Translations under genes and position numbers: made by a program
The notes under the pieces: model-generated
Database searches by the model: none
What the model was told of the DNA's origin: nothing
What the model saw: only the letters and a program-made list of their open reading frames with translations
Source: Syntrophomonadaceae bacterium
GTDB taxonomy: Bacteria > Bacillota > PH28-bin88
Assembly (NCBI GenBank): GCA_018333865.1
Contig: JAGXSE010000066.1
Location: forward strand, 66,919 to 130,918
Direction: 5' to 3'
Length of the DNA stretch: 64,000 bases
Part shown: piece after piece, positions 58,923 to 64,000 of the stretch
Numbering within the stretch: position 1 is the first letter of the stretch
Layout: each line of letters begins with the position of its first letter

Positions 58923-59038
58923 CTCCCCCTCATCATGTTTTTAGCGTCTCTCTCTGACATGAATTAGCGGGCATGCCAACATAGAGTTACATGGATCAAC
59001 CCGCTTTGTATCAGCGGGTTGATCCGAAAGTGTTTAGT

Positions 59039-59965
59039 TTAATAGTTGACATTGTTTAGCCCTTTTAGATTGAGCATCTTCCTTGCGTCATCAGGTGAAG
59101 CAGCCTCAAGGCCCAGCTCATGGGCAATCCGGACTGCTTTTGCAACTTGTTCCGCATTGCTTTCTGCCAATACACCGCGCTTTAAATACAGGCTATCCTC
59201 CAACCCCACTCGCATATTTCCACCCATAATCATATTGGTAACCCCCATGGGAATCTGGTGTCTGCCGGCTGCACATACTGACCACTGGAAATTGCCCAAG
59301 GCCTTTGTTGCTGTGTTATACAAAAAGAGCAAGTTCTCTACTGTAGCGGGTATCCCGCCCAGGATCCCCATCACAAACTGCAGGTAAACAGGTCGTTGAT
59401 TTAGCACACCTTCCCTGATTAGCTGAGCCGCGTTGTTGATCATTCCCACATCATATATTTCCAGTTCTGAAAGTGTATTGCATTCTTGCATTGTTTGGCA
59501 AAAATGTTTCAGCATCTTAAAAGTGTTTTTAAACACAAAATCATCAGTGTTCTGCAGATATTCCTGCTCCCAGGGATGCTTGAATTCTGCAATGGTCTTT
59601 ACAATAGGATAGAGGGCAAAGTTCATTGAACCCATATTAAACGAGGCCATCTCCGGTTTATATCTGCTGACGACGGCAATTCTATCTTCCGCTGTCATCG
59701 TATAAGTTCCCCCGGTGGTGACGCACACAACCACATCCGATTTGGCCTTAATGCCGGCTAAAATTTCACCGTATATCTCCAACGAAGTAGTAGGTTTGCC
59801 ATCTTCAGGGTTCCTGGCATGAATATGCACAATTGCCGCCCCTGCCTCCCATGCCCTTAGGGATTCTTCAATGATCTGCCGGGGAGTTAGCGGAAGGTAG
59901 GGAGACATTGAAGGCACGTGGATGTTCCCAGTAATGGCTGCTGTAATTATAACTTTAGACATCAA
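59039..59965 (-). CDS. BKACE-family (3-keto-5-aminohexanoate cleavage enzyme-like, DUF849) beta-keto acid cleavage enzyme
   Basis: 308 aa. The VIITAAITGN N-terminus and TIM-barrel-like BKACE pattern (VHIHARNPEDG). Confidence 0.7.
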   Translation of the reverse strand: MMSKVIITAAITGNIHVPSMSPYLPLTPRQIIEESLRAWEAGAAIVHIHARNPEDGKPTTSLEIYGEILAGIKAKSDVVVCVTTGGTYTMTAEDRIAVVSRYKPEMASFNMGSMNFALYPIVKTIAEFKHPWEQEYLQNTDDFVFKNTFKMLKHFCQTMQECNTLSELEIYDVGMINNAAQLIREGVLNQRPVYLQFVMGILGGIPATVENLLFLYNTATKALGNFQWSVCAAGRHQIPMGVTNMIMGGNMRVGLEDSLYLKRGVLAESNAEQVAKAVRIAHELGLEAASPDDARKMLNLKGLNNVNY

Positions 59966-60068
59966 GGTTCGCTCTCCTTTGCTGGATTAATTTTGTAAAT
60001 CGGAAGCCGTTTAAGCAATGATCAAACATCCCTATGGTATTAGCCATTCAGTCCCTGCTACTCAATAT

Positions 60069-61967
60069 TTAATAAGCAGACCTAGTATCCTTAAGCTTGC
60101 GGCGGCGGATAACCTGGACTAAAACAAGGGCAGCAAAAACACCCATGCCGATAAAAGTTGTCAGTCCGTACACGTCAATCATCAACAGGGCGCATCCCAA
60201 AAGCAATAACCTCTCCAGCGGCCCAATATTATTTAAGAGCCATCCTTGCGCGGCACAAGCCAGGCTTATTGCCCCAATAATAACGGTAACAACAGCCAGG
60301 GGGATGTGGGCCGGATTACCCAGCAACAACAGCTCAGGCCCGTAGACAAACATAAAGGGGACAATGTAGGCAGCAATTCCGTACTTAAAGGCTGTGTAAC
60401 CCACCACGTTGGCATTGGCCTTGGCTACCCCTGCAGCGCCAAAGGCAGTCAGGGCCACGGGCGGTGTAATTGTCGAGATGCAGCCGAAGTAAAAGACAAA
60501 CATATGGGCAACTAAAATCGGCACCCCTAACTCTACCAGGACTGGCGCAATAATCGTAGCTGTAACAATATAAACTACTGCTGTCGGCAGCCCCATGCCC
60601 AAAACCAATGAAACTAGCATCGCCAGAAATAATGTGAACAACAAATCTCCTCCACCCCACATCCCCACTAGGGTGGATGCCCTCATGCCGATGCCAGTCA
60701 AATTAATTACTCCGACAATGATCCCAGCCGCTGCACAGGCGGCAACCACAGATCCGATATTTTCAACGACTTGGGTAAATGCTCCGATTAAATTTTTGGC
60801 TACCTCTAGCAGCTTTCTAGTTTTCAATAACCATACCACCACAAGGAAAACCGTGGAATAAAATGCGGCCAGGGTAACGGAAAAACCGCTTAAAACCAAG
60901 TAAATCAAGGTCACGAGCGGGGGAATGGTATGCCAGCCGTCCTTTAAGGTTTGACGCATATCTGGCAAGCTTTCCTTTGGCAGCCCTTTGATTTTTTCCT
61001 GAATTGCTTCAATATCAACCATTAAGTACACGCAGAAAAAATACATGAGCGCCGGGATTAAAGCTGATAATGCAATGGTCCCGTAGGGAATCCCTGTGAA
61101 TTCCGCCATAATAAAGGCAGCCGCCCCCATAATCGGTGGCATGATCTGTCCGCCGGTAGAAGCAACTGCCTCAATCGCACCTGCCACATGGGGCCTATAC
61201 CCCGTCTGTTTCATCGCCGGGATGGTGAATGTCCCAGTCGTCACAACGTTAGCCATGGGAGAGCCCGAAATCGTGCCAAACAAGGCACTGGCAAAGACGG
61301 CTGCTTTGGCGGCTCCGCCGCGAAACCTGCCGACCATGGCCAATACAAAGTCCAGAAAAAACTTGCCTCCCCCGCTGGCGTTTAGCACTAAGCCAAAAAT
61401 AACAAAGACGATAATAATTGTCGCGGAGACCCCAATAGCAAAGCCGTAAATCCCTTCAGTAGTAAAATACAAGAAACTGCCAATCCGCATGAAAGAATAG
61501 CCGCGGTGGGCAAAATCCGGCGGCAGGTGCTGTCCCAAAAACACGTACAGCAAGGCTAGCATACAAACAATCGGAAGGGCCCAGCCGGTAGTCCGCCGCG
61601 CGCTTTCTATGGTTAAAACTATCGCCACAACTGCAAAAAAATAGTCCAACGATGTAGATATTGGCAGACCCATGGCAGCTGGGCCTCTCCATTGAATCAT
61701 CAGGTGTATACCCGATGCGACCAAAAGGATGATAATTATCAGATCAATAACTAAGCCAAACTTGATTTTTGTGGGTTTAGCTAAAAAGACGGCGCTTAAA
61801 AACCCCATCCAGTGGATTGCCCTTTGATCAATCATGGACAGCATGCCAAAACCAGCTGTGTAAAGGTGAAAAAGACAAAGAGCTACCGCTAGCGCAACTA
61901 TGCCGTTTCTTCTGATCTTCTCTTCATAGGCTGGATATGATCCATCGCTCCCTACCAGCTGCTTCAT
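60069..61967 (-). CDS. TRAP transporter fused 4TM/12TM permease (TAXI-type system)
   Basis: 632 aa polytopic membrane protein with DctQ-like and DctM-like halves fused. Confidence 0.75.
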   Translation of the reverse strand: MKQLVGSDGSYPAYEEKIRRNGIVALAVALCLFHLYTAGFGMLSMIDQRAIHWMGFLSAVFLAKPTKIKFGLVIDLIIIILLVASGIHLMIQWRGPAAMGLPISTSLDYFFAVVAIVLTIESARRTTGWALPIVCMLALLYVFLGQHLPPDFAHRGYSFMRIGSFLYFTTEGIYGFAIGVSATIIIVFVIFGLVLNASGGGKFFLDFVLAMVGRFRGGAAKAAVFASALFGTISGSPMANVVTTGTFTIPAMKQTGYRPHVAGAIEAVASTGGQIMPPIMGAAAFIMAEFTGIPYGTIALSALIPALMYFFCVYLMVDIEAIQEKIKGLPKESLPDMRQTLKDGWHTIPPLVTLIYLVLSGFSVTLAAFYSTVFLVVVWLLKTRKLLEVAKNLIGAFTQVVENIGSVVAACAAAGIIVGVINLTGIGMRASTLVGMWGGGDLLFTLFLAMLVSLVLGMGLPTAVVYIVTATIIAPVLVELGVPILVAHMFVFYFGCISTITPPVALTAFGAAGVAKANANVVGYTAFKYGIAAYIVPFMFVYGPELLLLGNPAHIPLAVVTVIIGAISLACAAQGWLLNNIGPLERLLLLGCALLMIDVYGLTTFIGMGVFAALVLVQVIRRRKLKDTRSAY

Positions 61968-62210
61968 TCTTTAAAACCCCCGCTATCAATTTTCTTCACA
62001 CGGTATCTCCTCTAAGACTCGTTAATTTTAGAAAATGCAACCCTCCCCCCCTAGCAAGCAAAGTGATTAGACACTCTTTCATATGATCAACTAGTCTAGA
62101 AGGGGAGGGCTTTGGGTAACCACCAGCAGCTAACCTGCGCTCATTAAAATACCATGATGATGATTTTAGAGCTCCAGCCTGCGCCAATGCAGGTCAGCGC
62201 AAGGCAATAT

Positions 62211-63506
62211 TTATTTAATCACGCCTTTTTCTCTAAAGAACCTCTCGGCGCCGGGATGAAGCGGGGCTACAGTCTGCCAGCCGGTTTCCGGTCTCATTAA
62301 CTCAGCAGCTCTTACCGCGCCGACAAGGACACTGATGTGCTGGTAGACATTTTTCACAATTTGATAAGCTAACTCATCCGGCATTTTAGTACAGGCAAAC
62401 ATCACGTTCGGAACAGCGATGGTCACTACATCTTCATTAATACCTCTGTAGATACCCTTTGAAATTACATGTCGCTGCAGATATGGAAATTCCGCAAGGA
62501 TCCTCTCCATCTCCCGCTCAAAGCTTAAAATCCTGAAGGAAACGCCCCTGGCCCCCAGTTCCAACACTGCCGAATTAGGAGGTGACCCATGTAGTACTGC
62601 CGCATGAACATGACCGTCCCGCATCGCCGCTACCCCGTCAGCAGTGGAAACAAAACTGGGAGCGATGTCCTTCATTGTAAGCCCATAAATCTTGCTGGCA
62701 TACTCGGGAAAAAGCGCAACGGGTCCACCGCCGGCAGGTCCAATCGCTACCCTTCTCCCTGTGAGGTCCGCAATCGACCTTATTCCACTGTTTTCTAAAA
62801 CGAGAATATGGACTACACTGGGCATAATGTTTAACAGGCCCCTCAAGTTGGGGTAAGCCCGATCTTTGTAGTTACCAATCCCCAGGAGGGCTTCATGCAT
62901 CAGATTGGCATTGGTAAATGCTACTGGAATTTCTCCAGCGCCTACCATCCGCGGGTTTTCACCGGCTCCCCCGGTAAGCTCCACGGTTGCTCTGGCGCCG
63001 GGTATATTCTTGTTAATTATTTCTGCTATAGCGCCCCCAACAGGATGGAATAGGCCGCCTAAAGCCCCAACTCCTATGCTAATAATAGCATCTCTTCGTG
63101 GCGGAGGCGTAGGGGCCGGAGCCGGTGCAGGGGCCGGAGCCGGGGCGGCAGGAGACGGGGCAGGAGTAACTACGCCAGGCCGCGGTGTTGGGGCTGGCGC
63201 AGGAGCAGGCGCCGGTGCCGGAGCAGGAGTAACAGCGCCAGGTCGCGGTGCCGGAGCCGGTGCCGGAGTTGGTGTTGGAGTTGGTGCCGGAGTTAGTGCC
63301 GGGGCCGGTGCTGGTGCTGGCGCCGGAGCAGGGGCCGGGGCTGGTACCGGAGCAGGTGCCGGTGCCGGAGCAGGGGCAGGTGCCGGCTGCTGCGCTGCCT
63401 GCTGGGGGGCACAGCCAATCAGTGAAAAACTCAAGGTAAACATGACTAACAACAAAACTACCAGCCCGGTCTGTTTCCTTAACCTTCTCATCTTCATTCC
63501 TCCCAT
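62211..63506 (-). CDS. TAXI-family TRAP transporter solute receptor lipoprotein with a long Pro/Ala-rich linker
   Basis: Lipobox LIGC. About 110 aa of (PA)n/(TPAP)n. Then the TAXI core (GVGALGGLFHPVGGAIAEIINK...ATVELTGGAGENPRMVGAGEIPVAF). Confidence 0.75.
   Translation of the reverse strand: MGGMKMRRLRKQTGLVVLLLVMFTLSFSLIGCAPQQAAQQPAPAPAPAPAPAPVPAPAPAPAPAPAPAPALTPAPTPTPTPAPAPAPRPGAVTPAPAPAPAPAPAPTPRPGVVTPAPSPAAPAPAPAPAPAPTPPPRRDAIISIGVGALGGLFHPVGGAIAEIINKNIPGARATVELTGGAGENPRMVGAGEIPVAFTNANLMHEALLGIGNYKDRAYPNLRGLLNIMPSVVHILVLENSGIRSIADLTGRRVAIGPAGGGPVALFPEYASKIYGLTMKDIAPSFVSTADGVAAMRDGHVHAAVLHGSPPNSAVLELGARGVSFRILSFEREMERILAEFPYLQRHVISKGIYRGINEDVVTIAVPNVMFACTKMPDELAYQIVKNVYQHISVLVGAVRAAELMRPETGWQTVAPLHPGAERFFREKGVIK
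63100..63400. repeat. GC-rich coding microsatellite-like repeats (GCCGGAGCCGGTGCC-type) encoding the Pro/Ala linker of the TAXI protein
   Basis: Long run of degenerate 6-9 bp units. It produces spurious ORFs on both strands. Confidence 0.6.
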
Positions 63507-63743
63507 AATAATTTATTTGATTGATCTCTTGCAAGGACATCAGGGGCTTTAAAACAGATTCATGTCATAGCCAAAATCTGCCGGTGATATGAAGGAAATA
63601 TATAACAGTATCGCGCCAGTTCCAACATCTTCATTAACGGAGATTATCTCAAAGATCTCTTCAATTAACGAGAAATGATTCGATACAAAACTATGTGGGA
63701 AACTGTCACTGCACCGAATCAATCGTTTCCGACCAAGGCGACT

Positions 63744-63977
63744 TTACTTACCCTTCCATCGGTCATCAGCATGTGCCTCGAACAACTTGGGAACAATTTT
63801 CTCAAAGTTCTTGCACTCTTCCTGGATATGCGTGAACGCCACTTTATAACCCTCTTCGGTCCTAATCTTCAGCCTTTCGGCCAATTGGGCGTTTTGTTCC
63901 TTGTCGTCGGAACCAAAGGTGAAGTTGCTGAAGATTCTGGTCCCTCCGGGCATTACCTCAAATCTGTGATATATCAC
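63744..63977 (-). CDS. Hypothetical protein fragment (may extend beyond the window end)
   Basis: 77 aa ORF at the edge of the window. No confident homology. Confidence 0.25.
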   Translation of the reverse strand: MIYHRFEVMPGGTRIFSNFTFGSDDKEQNAQLAERLKIRTEEGYKVAFTHIQEECKNFEKIVPKLFEAHADDRWKGK

Positions 63978-64000
63978 AAGGGGGAGTTCAGCCTGGCGAA

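Overview
This 64 kb window looks like a chromosomal segment from a Gram-positive anaerobe (Clostridia, probably Peptococcaceae or Desulfotomaculum-like; inferred from gene content, GGAGG ribosome-binding sites and frequent GTG/TTG starts). The core content is a complete trpE-G-D-C-F-B-A operon at 3.6-10.2 kb. Its leader carries 11-12 closely spaced (G/U)AG triplets followed by an intrinsic terminator, which is the signature of TRAP (MtrB) attenuation. Two tandem PaaK/F390-synthetase-like adenylating enzymes lie upstream. Housekeeping genes are present (ogt, recQ, htpG, cysK). There is also an SLH/FN3 S-layer protein, an aromatic-L-amino-acid decarboxylase, several ABC/TRAP/MFS transporters and three type II toxin-antitoxin pairs (HEPN/MNT, VapBC-like, HicAB). 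An AT-rich accessory island at about 22.7-27.4 kb holds three copies of a roughly 170 bp repeat bounded by perfect 20 bp terminal inverted repeats, with no transposase between them (MITE-like). One copy truncates a DUF2200 gene. The island also carries a divergent HhH-GPD (EndoIII-like, FeS-loop) glycosylase-like gene next to a C-terminally membrane-anchored protein of unknown function. The 3' third (48-63.5 kb) encodes a cytoplasmic DMSO-reductase-family molybdoenzyme, a BthL-like 3x[4Fe-4S] subunit 4 kb away, a BKACE enzyme and a TAXI-TRAP transporter. A roughly 436-codon ORF there is interrupted by a single in-frame TGA, so it is either a selenoprotein candidate or a pseudogene. A solute-binding-like / ABC-ATPase / G3E-GTPase triad without a permease sits beside them. 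No CRISPR array and no rRNA or tRNA genes were seen.
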